Of a DNA stretch of 64,000 nucleotides, positions 1 to 12,542 are shown piece by piece. The notes under the pieces are model-generated. The model did no database searches and had not been told where the DNA came from. It saw only the letters and a program-made list of their open reading frames with translations. The position numbers and the translations under genes are program-made. Position 1 is the first letter of the stretch. The number at the start of each line of letters is the position of its first letter. Source of the stretch: Octopus sinensis (lineage: Eukaryota); contig NC_042997.1 in assembly GCF_006345805.1 (NCBI RefSeq), positions 157,852,001 through 157,916,000 of the forward strand, in the 5' to 3' direction.

Positions 1-561
1 TAACAAGAAAAGTTACCTTTGAACACTTGACCAGCAAGAAATAAAATAAATTGCCTTCAAGTCACACTTGACCGTCTTAAGTCTAAGTTAAGAGTAGTGG
101 AATGGATGGAGAGACCCCGTTGGAATACCTTTGATCAAATATCTTTTTGATAGGGAACGATCTGCGGCTAAAGATAAAAGAATGAACTCTTACTGACCTT
201 CTTTCTTTTAATCGTTTAGAGGTCGCGTATAAAACGTAAAATGAAACTTCTAAACTCTTAAACACTCTCAAGATATTTTACAATTGTTGTGATATTATGT
301 ATCCGAAGGCTAAGGCCTTAGTTTTAATTTCTATATGAATTCACTTTACTTCATTTACACTTCTAAAATTCTGGAGAAATGCGTAAATGTCAAGTAGTTT
401 TTCTCATTTCTGTAAGCTAGCGCCCTTATGTTGAGTATGAAATCAACTTTTTGCTGATACATGCTCTGAAGGCAATTTTTTGCGGTAAGTAAATTGAATA
501 ATCTACCGTGTCTGGTATTGTTGTTGTTGCTGTTGTTGTTGTTGTTGTTATTATTATTATT

Positions 562-662
562 GAGTGAGAGAGCGGTGCTTGCCATCAAAGGGAAGCTGCG
601 GTAAAATATAGAAAGTCCAGTATACTCATCATGACTACCTGTCTGATAAGGGCACACCAGAC
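562..662 (-). mobile_element. 3' fragment of the ~554-bp TAA-associated non-autonomous element
   Basis: Reverse complement matches the 3' end of the copies at 27490-28043 (…gtcactttgatggcatg…ctctcactcaataat) and abuts an (ATT/GTT)n tract. Confidence 0.75.
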
Positions 663-689
663 CTGATCGGCACTGTTGTAAAGGAAAAC

Positions 690-1690
690 TAGGTAACTAG
701 AGCAAAGATCATCCAAGAAAAGTCAGTCGGTTGCAGTTTTGCACTTTGAAGAGGCAGGTGAATGTCAAAAAATAGCATCGTAGGACGCTGGACGGACATA
801 CCGGTTAAATTTCTCGGGGTCTGATTTCGTTGAAACTTCCAAGTGGAGAGAAACGAGGACGAAGTGACAAGGGTAACCCGTCTCATCCAGAAATTTTCTG
901 AGAGAAAGTTTTCGTTGAAAGGACGGGTAGTGATGCGAACACGTACATCGCCTTCGTCGTATACCATCGCTTGACTGTCGTGGCTTATTCCCATTCATGC
1001 CTGATTAGAATGAAGAGCCGACTCTTCTGCTATTTGTGGAAGGAATGCTTTTGGCTTGTCAGGTGCTTCATTTACAGTCAATGCCCGTTGACTGGAGAAC
1101 TCTTGTGGCTGATGATGGGCAGACACGAGGCTTCGACATCTCGAACGGTTCCTTGACACCGAGCACTGTTTATCAGACTCGCTTTCCCGGAACTCGTTTT
1201 TTTTTTTTGGGATTGCAGAACTGCGTCAAACGTAGACCAAGGAAAGGTGCTTGGTACCTAGGGTACCGACAGGCGCTCGCAGCTCTCTTCTAGTCGCGCA
1301 CTGCGGTCGGTGGAAGTTAGACTTTGGCGTTCTATAGAGGTTTAGTGACGGGTAGGAGTGATATCATTCTCATGGAGACACTGGGCGTCGATGAGTATGA
1401 ACTGGCTCGTCTATTCCGCTGGACTTTCGGGCCAAGGCTCATGATCAATTTCCAGAAGTCCCTGGTCTGATACTGCCGATTCGAAATAGACTTTACAGGT
1501 ATGGAGATGCTGTTAGCCGGACTAGCCCGAAATGCACGCAGAACGACGAAATTGTTCCGTACGCACTCATCCAGTGCTGGAGAATTGCTGACTTGTACGT
1601 TTATCTCGAGCACCTACCGTCGTGTGTAGGATGGATCCGGCTATCGTTTGAGTCGATTGTGAAGATGGTCACGTCGCATTATTTTGGCCG
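690..1690 (+). mobile_element. Degraded L1/Tx1-clade LINE, RT C-terminal half plus zinc-knuckle region
   Basis: Plus-strand conceptual translation with stops and frameshifts gives VGRWTDIPVKFLGV…SERKFSLKGR…YHRLTVV…LFCYLWK…RRPRKGAW…LPIRNRLYRYG…SPKCTQNDEIVPYALIQC, typical of Tx1/L1 ORF2. The minus-strand ORFs listed here are antisense by-products. Confidence 0.8.
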
Positions 1691-1854
1691 ATATGGACAG
1701 TCGGGTGACATTAGAGGTGTGTGTTGGACCAGACTGTAAGGTTAGTCAGACACTTTACGGAGTAGATGAAATAAGTACCATTTGAGCACTTGGGTCGATG
1801 CAATAGACTTACTTCTATCCCAAAACTGTTGTGTTAAAATTTGAAATTATTATT

Positions 1855-2236
1855 CTTTTACTTTTTTACTTGTTTCACTCATTTCATTGTGGGCATACTG
1901 GGCCCCAGGACTTATTCTTTGTAAGCCAAGTACTTATTCTATTGGTATCTTTTACCGAACCGCTTAGTTACGGGTACGTAAACACACCAGTATCGGTTGT
2001 CAAGCGATGTTGGGGAGGACAAACACAGACACACAAACATATACACACACATTCATATATATATATATACACACACACATATATACGACGGGCTTCTTTC
2101 AGTTTTCGTCTACCAAATCCACTAACTAGGCTTTGGTCGGCCCGAGGCTATAGTAGAGCCCAAGGTGCCAGGCAGTGGGACGGAACCCCGAAACATGTGG
2201 TTCGTAAGCAAGCTACTTACCACAAAGCCACTCCTT
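1855..2236 (-). mobile_element. tRNA-derived SINE family A (CORE-like central motif)
   Basis: Head …ggagtggctttgtggtaagtagcttgct… and central ACCTTGGGC…CTACTATAGCCTCGGGCCGACCAAAGCC; several homologous copies in the window. Confidence 0.8.
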
Positions 2237-3208
2237 ATTAAGAATGTCAACTGGCATTAATCGTTAGCACGCACGACAGAATGATTTGCAGCATTTCTTC
2301 CAGCTCTTTGCGTTGTGAATTCAAATAACACCTTTCGGGGACGATAAATATAAATTACCAGTGAAGTGCTGGGGTTGATGTAAACAATTTACCTTTCCCC
2401 TCAATATTGCTGACCTTGACAGAATAAGTGAATAAGTGACCTCGGGCCATAATATGAAATCTCTTATTATTTTTCTTTACCAACGTTCAAGGTAATATTA
2501 TTTACAGAAGCAGCAAAGCGAAACAACGTAGTTAAAATACCCAATCCTTGTTGTTTGCCGCTTGGTATATGGCACCGCCAACGAGGAAAAAATCTTTCTC
2601 CAGGATAAAGGAGTGATTAGAGTTCGTAGTGCTGAAAGTGTGTGTGTCTGTATATGTGTACGTGCGCGTGCGTATATATACTATATATATACGTATATGT
2701 ATATGTGTATATACTTGTGTCTGTGTATGTATGCACTACATACACACACACATACATACATACATGCATACATACATACATACGAACATAGAGTGCCTGA
2801 GATGTTTAATATAGGAAATATGAATTTATTTCAACATAAATAATTTTTATTTGCTTAGTAATAGAAGGAAAGATGCACCAATGACTTTCCATTTATTTAA
2901 GACATCGGCGGCTGTTTGAATGAAGTTATATTCAAGCCAGAGACCTAGCTCAAATGCTTGCAACTCTGCGATGCTCACTAAGGGCACCTGAAAATCAAGT
3001 GGTAGTATTAAACCGGTCGGCCGATCAAATCTTCCGACGAAAAACTTAGAAAATGAGCTGGAACAAATATCGCAATGTATTTAAAACGACATTCTAACAA
3101 CTACGTTCTGGGCTGAACTTTTATTTTATAGAGCCTAGACTGGTTCAACTTCTGGAGGCACTTCGACAAATCAACGTCACCCAAGCCGGACTCTTTACCC
3201 ACTGGTGC

Positions 3209-3277
3209 CTAAGACACCGTGAGGATATTGTTATCAAACCGGCTGACAAATGTGAAGCTGCAGTTGTGTGGCGTGCA
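3209..3277 (+). mobile_element. Penelope-like element RT fragment
   Basis: Translates LRHREDIVIKPADKCEAAVVWRA, resembling the PLE RT N-terminal motif DIVIKPADKGxAVVVW. Confidence 0.55.
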
Positions 3278-3474
3278 GGCCCCGCTACTTCCAAGTCCCC
3301 TCTTAAATTCGTCCTCTACCTTCCTAGTTACACTTTACTACCACCTAAATATTGATCTAGGTGAGATTTGAACTCAGAGTGCAGTGAACTGGAACTAATA
3401 TCAGAAATATATTCTGACCCATACTCTAAACATTTATTCTAATTCGCTGCCTAATGTCACTGGGAAGGGCTTAG

Positions 3475-4015
3475 AAAGAAAGGCTTGGCCGTGTTGTAAG
3501 AAGTTTGCTTCCCACCCACATTGTTGTGGGCTCCGTCCCACTGCGTTGCCAAGTGTCTTCTACTGTAGTCTCGGGCTATATATATATATATATACCGGAG
3601 TAAACACATAAATGTGAAACAAGGTGGAAAAAAGAGTACTCAAATACCAGGTGTAGAGTAATATGCTTTTGTCCGACGAACGGGAACGTGAAACTCAGAG
3701 TAACAGGTTTTGTTTAATTTTCTGCTGCTTTTAAATTAAGTATATATATATATATATATATATGTATATGTATGTATGCATGTATATGTGTGCGTGCGTG
3801 TGTGTTTGTCCACCACCACCGCTTGAAAACCGGTATTCGTGTGTTTACCTCCCAGTACCAATAACGGTTCGGCAAGAGAGACCGATAGAATAAATACTAG
3901 GCTTCAAAAAAAAAAAAAAGAAAGAAAGAAAGAAAGAAAAACTCTGGTGTCGATTTGTTCAACTTAAAAATCCTTCCAGCATGGCCGCAGTCAATGACTG
4001 AAACAAGTAAAAGAT
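3475..4015 (+). mobile_element. SINE family A copy interrupted by an HHR-bearing insert in its internal (TA)n
   Basis: Head/core at 3475-3575 and tail at 3780-4015 (…ggttcggcaagagagaccgatagaataaatactaggctt…catggccgcagtcaatgactgaaacaagtaaaag), separated by 3595-3741. Confidence 0.7.
3668..3707 (+). ncRNA. Type I hammerhead ribozyme variant (U4C core)
   Basis: Stem I TGT/ACA; core CCGACGA at 3673-3679; stem II ACG-GGAA-CGT; GAAA at 3690-3693; stem III ACTCAGAGT; GUA triplet at 3700-3702. Confidence 0.6.
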
Positions 4016-4699
4016 AAACTGTAAAATATATAAATTCCGCGAAACGAGACTATTGGCGAAACCATTAATACGTTTGGGCGTCTACTTGCCCGAACTTTGC
4101 TTTTCCATGCTGTGACCCTCAGAAAGATGAGTTGAGCGTCTGCGAGCGCGTGTGTGTGCATACACTCAACATATTTCAAATAATATAAGTTGCTTTATAT
4201 GTAGAGTTTTTTCCTGTTTCTAACACTCTCTATACATATGTGCGTATGTTTGTGTGTGTATGTGTGTTGCATGCGTCTGCCTGTCTGTATGTATGTATGT
4301 ATGCATGAATGTATGTTTATGTGTGTGTGATGTGTAACAGTTGTGTGGTGTATTGATGTTTATGCATATACAATGGGGAAAATGTGACGTGAATATTACA
4401 GAAATAATATTTCTAAACTACATGTAGGACTTACAATCTTATTGAAAATAAATTAATATTTGTCATATTCTTCCGTTCCTCAGTGCCACAAATTTCACTC
4501 CAATAAATGATATTTGGTCAGTAAATTTGACTAGTCGTCCACCGCAGGCCACTATTCCTTAGGAACTGAGAAAAAATTAGCTAAAGATTATTTATTTATA
4601 AACAATACATGCAATTAGAATCAGATTTACTGCAGGTAACTTAATTATTAATGAAGCAGGATGAATGAAAGTCGAGAGAAATGATAGAAAGAACAAGTA

Positions 4700-5054
4700 T
4701 CTTTATGTTTCTTTAATTTTTTACTTTTTTCAACCATTAGACTGTAGCCATGCTGAGGCACTGCCTTAAAGAGGTTTAGTACTTGCATTTTCATATTCTA
4801 TCAGGTTCCTTTTGATGAAATGCTAAGTTACACGAACGTAATCAAACCGACGCCGTTTGTAAAGATGCAGTGGAAGGCAAACACAGACACAAAGATTTAC
4901 ACACACACATGCACACACACATACATATATAAACGATGTGCTTCTTTCAGTTTCTGTTTACCAACTCCAATCACAAGGCTTTTTTCGCAGTGACACTAAA
5001 CCTGGAGCCATGTGGCTGGGAAGTAAACATCTTACCATACAACCACGCCTGCGC
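4700..5054 (-). mobile_element. SINE family A, diverged
   Basis: Homologous to 7783-8195, with an internal deletion. Confidence 0.7.
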
Positions 5055-5170
5055 TTGAAAAGCTAGTCTCGATGGAATTTGAACTCGGAATGTAAAGATC
5101 AGCAACGATTAGCAAGAAGGTTGGTATAATTGAGATGAAATCCATGAAAGTGAACGCTTCAATTTAGCTG

Positions 5171-5234
<64 letters not shown>

Positions 5235-5242
5235 TATATATA

Positions 5243-5563
5243 AAGGAAATGAAGAAAATGCTGACAAAATAGTTTAAGTAAGGGAGAGTGTATTTAATTA
5301 GGTGAAAGTTCTTTTTACCGGTTGCGCATTTGTTATGCTTATCAAAAGATATTTTTTTAAGAGAGATAGAGTTCCTTTCTGATAGATTTTTTTCTCTTAT
5401 CCAGATAAGAGAAAAAAATCTATCAGAAAGGAACTCTATCTCACTTAAAAAATATATCTTTTGATAAGCATAACAAATGCGCAACCGGTAAAAAGAACTT
5501 TCACCTAATTAAATACACTCTCCATTACTTAAATTATTTTGTCAGCATTTTCTTCATTTCCTT
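5243..5563. repeat. Near-perfect ~320-bp fold-back palindrome (copy 1) with HHR-like cores in both arms
   Basis: aaggaaatgaagaaaatgctgacaaaata … tattttgtcagcattttcttcatttcctt, centred near 5400-5403. The right arm reads TTGATAA GCAT-aacaa-ATGC GCAA CCGG TA at 5461-5490. Confidence 0.9.
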
Positions 5564-5605
5564 TTTTTATATATCACAACTCGTGTTCCACATCTCCTTT
5601 TTTAA

Positions 5606-5655
<50 letters not shown>

Positions 5656-5658
<3 letters not shown>

Positions 5659-5976
5659 GAAATGAAGAAAATGCTGACAAAATAGTTTAAGTAAGGGAGA
5701 GTGTATTTAATTAGGTGAAAGTTCTTTTTACCGGTTGCGCATTTGTTATGCTTATCAAAAGATATTTTTTTAAGAGAGATAGAGTTCCTTTCTGATAGAT
5801 TTTTTTCTCTTATCCAGATAAGAGAAAAAAATCTATCAGAAAGGAACTCTATCTCACTTAAAAAATATATCTTTTGATAAGCATAACAAATGCGCAACCG
5901 GTAAAAAGAACTTTCACCTAATTAAATACACTCTCCATTACTTAAATTATTTTGTCAGCATTTTCTTCATTTCCTT
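5656..5976. repeat. Fold-back palindrome (copy 2), tandem duplicate of copy 1, period ~413 bp
   Basis: Essentially identical to 5243-5563, including the unique 3' tail atatcacaactcgtgttccacatctcc; the copies are separated by (TA)n. Confidence 0.9.
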
Positions 5977-6015
5977 TTTTTATATATCACAACTCGTGTT
6001 CCACATCTCCTTTTT

Positions 6016-6062
<47 letters not shown>

Positions 6063-6349
6063 ATTATGGAGATGTGCTTGCATAGCAAGTGATTTGATCT
6101 GAGATCGTGTGCTGGAACGAAAACAATTGCAGCGTGAAAGGTGTTTGTAAGCCATTTAAGAAACACACAAAAGCCGTTCGATTCACTTCAACATTTAAGT
6201 TTAATTTGTCAAAATATTTTTGTCGCTGTATGTGTGTGCTTGTAAGTATGTGTGTGCATGTATGTATGTGTGTGTGCGTTTTTATGTATTTATGTGTGTA
6301 CGTTGTATGTATGTATTCTGCATATTCATGTTTGTGTGTTTGTGTGTAG

Positions 6350-6579
6350 CACCCCTGTATACTCGAACTCTATCTTTCTGATCATATCCAGAGAAACTGC
6401 TTGCAGTGCATGAAGTTCTGTACATGTTTCTCCATTGCATAGGGTTTGCACAGTGGGGACACGTTGTTCATTATCCTAACTAAGTTTCCTATCAGTATGA
6501 TAATTTTCATGTCGTGGGACAAGGGTGAGTTCTTGTGAACAACATATTTCGAAGCTATGGGTTCACAGTCTTTAACCAA
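6350..6579 (-). mobile_element. PLE (Naiad-like) RT-thumb fragment
   Basis: EPIASKYVVHKNSPLSHDMKIIILIGNLVRIMNNVSPLCKPY is homologous to residues of the 61691-62671 ORF (KPIASKYVVHKNSALSHNMKINIL…). Confidence 0.85.
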
Positions 6580-7249
6580 AGATCAGTATCAGCGCACATG
6601 TATGTAGGCATATGGATATGAAAGTAAACAGATAGACATACAAACAGGTAAGTACATAGGTTATATGAACAGACAAGTATACACACACACACATACAGAA
6701 ATTAAGACTGAAACACATGACCAATACACACGCACTTCCTTCACACAAGGACACACGTGGAGACACACGTCCACACACACATAAAAACACATAAACACAA
6801 ACACATAAATACACAAGCACAAACACATAAATACACAAACATGAATATGCAGAATACATACAAATAAACGCACATACATACATTCCTGCACACACACACA
6901 CTTACATGCATACATGCATACATACATACATACATACATACATACACACACACACATACATAAATACATACATACATACATACATACATACATACATACA
7001 TACATACATACATACATACATGTGTATGCGCACACATACTGACCCACACACATGCGCACAAACAAACAAAAAGGACGCAGCTTGTATAACGGACAGAGTG
7101 AAGAACTATTGAAAAGTTTGCAAGACGCAACGAAAATTTTAGAAAAATAAATAAGTAAAGGCGTGGAATTTTTTTACCGGTGAGTGTGTTAAATTATAAG
7201 GCATTAAAATGGAATAACTCTCCCCAGACACAACGGTATACACACATAC

Positions 7250-7550
7250 ATAAAATACAAATTGGGACAAGAACGCAAAGCATCCGGACAACTAGGTGAT
7301 ACAAAAAGGGACAACAAAACATCCAGATAGACGATACACAAAAAAAACAAAACAAGGACGGGTCATTCGAAGTTTTCTATCCTCATTCAAGAACCGGATC
7401 ATCTTCGCAATTTCGGCTCATTAATCTTGAGATTGCTCCAATCTGGCCAGCCTCAAGGAAAAACTAAGCTAAGAGTATTATATTCCTTGGAAGAAACCAT
7501 CGAATGTAAACGAAAACAAGGACGGAAAAACAGACGATGTTACACGATTA
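7250..7550. mobile_element. Non-coding repeat related to the 53.8-kb fold-back (probable PLE terminus)
   Basis: Shares aaaatacaaa.tgggacaagaacgcaaa.catcc…gacgatac…gggtcattcgaag…caagaaccggatcatc with 53770-53868. Confidence 0.65.
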
Positions 7551-7585
7551 TAAATACAAAACACAACAACAACAACAAGAACAAC

Positions 7586-7647
<62 letters not shown>

Positions 7648-7741
7648 CAAGTGTTTTCGATTGGGGACGAATTGAATTCAGCTGGCGTGTGTGGAAATGA
7701 AGCCTTACTGCAGAGATAAAAAAATTTCACAAACACAGGAA

Positions 7742-7782
<41 letters not shown>

Positions 7783-7785
<3 letters not shown>

Positions 7786-8194
7786 TCTTTCACTCTTTTA
7801 TTTGTTTCAGTCATTTGACTGCGGCCATGCTTGAGCACCACCTTTAATCGAGCAACTCGATCCCAGGACTTATTCTTTTGTAAGCCCAGTACTTATCCTA
7901 TCGGTCTCTTTTGCCGAACCGCTAAGTAACGGGGACATAAACACACCAGCATCGGTTGTCAAGCAATGCTAGGGGAACAAACACAGACACACAAACACAC
8001 TCACGCATATATATATATATATATACATATATACGACGGGCTTCTTTCAGTTTCCATCTACCAAATCCACTGACAAGGCATTGGTCGGCCCGAGGCTACA
8101 GTAGAAGACACTTGCCCAAGGTGCCACGCAGTGGGACTGAACCCGGAACCATGTGGTTGGTAAACAAGCTACTTACCACACAGCCACTCCTGCG

Positions 8195-8195
<1 letters not shown>
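7783..8195 (-). mobile_element. SINE family A, full length
   Basis: tRNA-like head gcgcaggagtggctgtgtggtaagtagcttgtttaccaaccacatggttccgggttcagtccc (A/B-box-like), CORE-like centre, internal (TA)/(CA) tract and 3' tail. Confidence 0.85.
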
Positions 8196-8238
<43 letters not shown>

Positions 8239-8380
8239 TATATATATGTGTGTGTGTATGTGCGTGTATGTATATATGTATATATATGTGTGTGTGTATA
8301 CCTACCAGTATATATTTGTGCGCGCATACACACACACTAACACACACATGCATATGTATATATAAACTGCTCTGCGTTTG

Positions 8381-8479
<99 letters not shown>

Positions 8480-11400
8480 GTTTGTCTATCTATATACAAG
8501 TTGTGCCAAAATTCTCGCACCAAATAGGTTCAATACAGTCCGGATTTGTCAGACATGCTTCACCTTTTCTAAAATTGAATACAACAAATAAAACAAATGA
8601 GGAATACACGCGTACTTGTACATGGTGAACAAAATGAATACTAATAATAGCATGATATAAATAAAATGTAAAATGTTTTAGTGCGTAACTTTTAGCCGAC
8701 GCTGTATATGTATGTGTGTGCTTGTGTGTTTGTGTGTGTGTGCAGACATTCATCCACCAAGCCATCAGTCCATCCATCCATCCATCCATATTTATAGCAG
8801 AATGTATGCAGTGAAAGAGTGAAACGGTAAACAACAAAGAATCATAAGTGAAGTTCATAGTTAAGTTTTCAACAGCTTCGTTGTCAACATCTACAAAAAT
8901 GGGATTTGCTCCACTATATCGTTTGGTCTTGTATCTCCTCCGCTGAAGCTCTCTCGGCTTATTCGTATCTTGTCCTTTCGGTAATCATATTGTTTTTCCC
9001 AGGTTTTGCACAACCTTTCTTTCCTAGGACTTTTCTTCCTCGTGCGTCGGTTTTTAAGGATTTCTTCACTGTCAATGTTCTTTTTGCAGCCAGCAATTTG
9101 CAATTGCTTACGAGAAACACGAAGTATATTAAAGTATTGCGCGTACCCACCCTCAAGACAAAACGAATGATAAGCATCTTTAAAAACATACTGTTTAAAA
9201 CATATTGATAAACAGATAATGCCATTAATTTATTAGAGGTATTTGAACCCAGAATGTAAAAGTTAGAATATACAGAGTGAAAATCTTTTCCCGGAATACT
9301 AATTATTCTGACAATTTGCTGGCTTTTTAAAAATTGTTTCTAATATAGGCACTAGTATTGAAATTTGGTGGGCGGGATTAGATGCTTACACCAAATACCA
9401 TACTTAATTAGTATTTCATTTCCTCGACCCCAGAAGGATAAAAAGCAAAGCTGACTTCGTTTTACAAATTCTACCATTTCACCAATCTTAAAATAAACTC
9501 TGTTTATTTTAGCAGAAGGCCAGCAAGTTTGAGGAAAGGGTACAAGTTGCTCACCAGCACTTGGCTGGTACTTATTTTATCAATCCCGAAAGGATGAACG
9601 GCCAACTTGACTTCTGAGGGAAGTTGACTCAAAATATTAAGAGCCGGAAGAAATGCTGCTGAGCATTTTGTCCGTCGTGCTAAAGATTCTATCAGCTCAC
9701 CACCTAATGAGAATAATAAAAATAACAGTAGAAAGAACAGTAGTAACATGGTTTAGCACCTTTTCTTGTAGTTCAGCTTTGGGACGTTTCGTGTTTTACT
9801 AAACAATTCCGCTTTTTATACTTCCGCTTCAGTTTTATAAACATATACAATAACTACAAGTAGACAAGATGCTAACTTTAGAGTAAAATAATTTTGAGTA
9901 AATTAAGTCAGATATCACTAAAAGTTATACGACATCACTGGAAATTTTAGAGTAAGACATGCACAATGTGAAGGCTTCCAAGCGAAGAAGTTGTCAACTA
10001 TATAACGCTGGTTCATTTTGTTGAACGCTTCATGATTAAAAAATGACATAGCCGTACAATGGCCTAGATATCACAGATTATTAAAAACACTCGCGCAGAA
10101 AGAAAATTATGGTTGGGATCTCATTGAAAAGTAATCACTCAAGAGATGTGGGTAAAGTCTGATTTAAGTGTTAAAAAAACTAAAAAATAAAAGCAATAAA
10201 TGAACATATAAAGAATTACAAATGTGAATAATATTTGAAAGGGTATTTTTTGCGGAAGGTTGCGCCTAGAACTCGGTAAACTTTTGGTCTATCCTATTCG
10301 TGGCGTAGCTATCACATGGATTGATCCAGGAAAACTAAAGACAAATTCTTAAAAGATTGTAGGGTAATGTACTAGATCGTTGTCCTTTTATCGAGGAAAG
10401 TTTGGCTGCTATTTCTAACAGGCTGAGCGACAATAGGAATAATGCTACTATTGTAGATGGGAGTAATGTGAAAGGGAATAAGAAGTAAAAGTGGAAAAAA
10501 CAACAATTTTGGGAGTCAAACACACGAAAAAATAATCGAATAAATTTAGTGAAATATAAACCAAATTTCTCTCAATTTCCTCACCGGCCCCCCAAAATAA
10601 GGCACGTTGAATAATGTGTTCCTAAAAATAATACGATGGTCCAAGGGGGAATACTTTTAGGCATAAACATACTCGATGAAGAAAAACGACATCATAAAAT
10701 CAACAATAGCGACAAGAATGCATAAAATTAACAGGAAATATAACTCACTTCAGATTCTAGTTCTGCCTTTTGTTTTCTTTTTCTCCTTTAGTTGTATTTT
10801 GTTTTGTTTCTTGCCAAAGAATATTTCCCCCCCTCTCTATGGATTACCTTCTTAGAATGTCCCAACTAAAATTAAGTTGGAGTTTTGTTCTGCTTCTCAT
10901 AGGAATATGTCGTCTGCCGCGCTTAAGTTTCTATCGTCTGCTTCTGGTGCGCTTTTGTCGTCTGCTAAGCAGTATTCGACAACTCCCATCAGCAGCTGAT
11001 ACCGAAGAAGTTATTGGATGTTTTCTATCCATTATTTATGTGTATGTATGATTGACTTGTATGTGTGGGAGTGTGTGCGCGTGCATGTGTTTGGTTACGT
11101 TAAGCTCTAGGTGTTATTGTCTATTTCACATATGTTTATATATGTGTATATAAAAAAAAACTACGTGTTATTATATTTTAACAATGCTTCGAGTTCGTGT
11201 TGGTGTTGACTTGTTGGGTTGTATTGATGCAAGTAAGAACCAACATTTCAATATATATAGCTGTCGGTGTAGCTGTACAATCTTCTCTTTCACTTTCTCT
11301 CCTCTTCTCTGTATATGCGCGTGTGGTCGTATCTTGTAACTAAGTATATATGAGCAGAACTATTCTGCTTGTGAATGTGTAATTGCGTCTCTCAGTCTAT

Positions 11401-11781
11401 GAATATATATGAATGAGACGGTGTGTTTGTGAGTTGTATATTTTATTGTGGGATTGTTTATACGACAGACATACTTTCGACATCCCTCCTTTTTCTCTCA
11501 GACTTTCACCATCCACCTTATAATAATATTTAATTTATCAATATCTCTCTCACATTGATTTTTAGGGGCTTGTTCATGTATGTGTATTCTGACATGCATT
11601 ATATATGTGTGTGTGTGTGTGTGTTTGCATGTGTGTGTGCTTGCGCGCGCGTGTGTGTGTGTGTGTTTGTGTGTGTGTGTTTGTATGTGTATTTGTGTTT
11701 GCGCGCGTGTGTGTGTATGTATGTGTGTCTGTGTTCTCGCAAATACACATGCACATAACAATTATAGTTGGACGGAAACAG

Positions 11782-11816
<35 letters not shown>

Positions 11817-12241
11817 ATGGGGAGAGAGGGAGAGAGGCAGAAAGGGTAAGAGAGAGAGGGATAGAAGTGAAAGCGAGAAGTAATGGAAGAATGTGAAAGC
11901 CATAGTAAATATAAAACGATAAAGTGTGAGGGTTAGAGGAGAAAATGTTGAAGGAGGACAAAGAAAGGAGGAGGAGAAAAAGCAATGAAATAAAAGACGA
12001 AATACAGGCAAGTTATATAGAGAAGATAAGGAGAGAAGGTTGCTGAAAGTGAAAGAAAGTGAAAAGAAATAGACGGGAAGAAATTTCAGAAGGGAATGAA
12101 TGAGAAATAAGAGAAGGTGAAAAGAAAATACAAAAAAATATTTATAAGATAGAAAAAGCAGCAAAGTTAGAGGAAATATAAAAAAAGTAGAAGTGACAAA
12201 GCAACGGATGGCTAGATATAGAATACACACACATACACACA

Positions 12242-12281
<40 letters not shown>

Positions 12282-12470
12282 TGTACAACGCATACGCACA
12301 AGCACGTGTATGTGTATAATATTAATACGTATTCTGTCACATATCCCATCTATCTATCTATCTATCTAACTATCTATCTATCTATCTATCTATCTATCCA
12401 TCCATCCATCCATCCAAGTCCCATCCATCCATCCATCCATCCATCCATCCATCCATCCATCCATCCATCC

Positions 12471-12542
<72 letters not shown>

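Noticed and set aside
689-1613. Minus-strand ORFs 689-994, 765-998 and 1332-1613 as genes
   Set aside because: They are antisense to a plus-strand Tx1/L1 RT remnant whose motifs are recognisable only on plus.
5164-5897. Two near-identical 106-107 aa ORFs (MRICYAYQK…) as duplicated genes
   Set aside because: They are translations of the palindromic repeat running into (TA)n.
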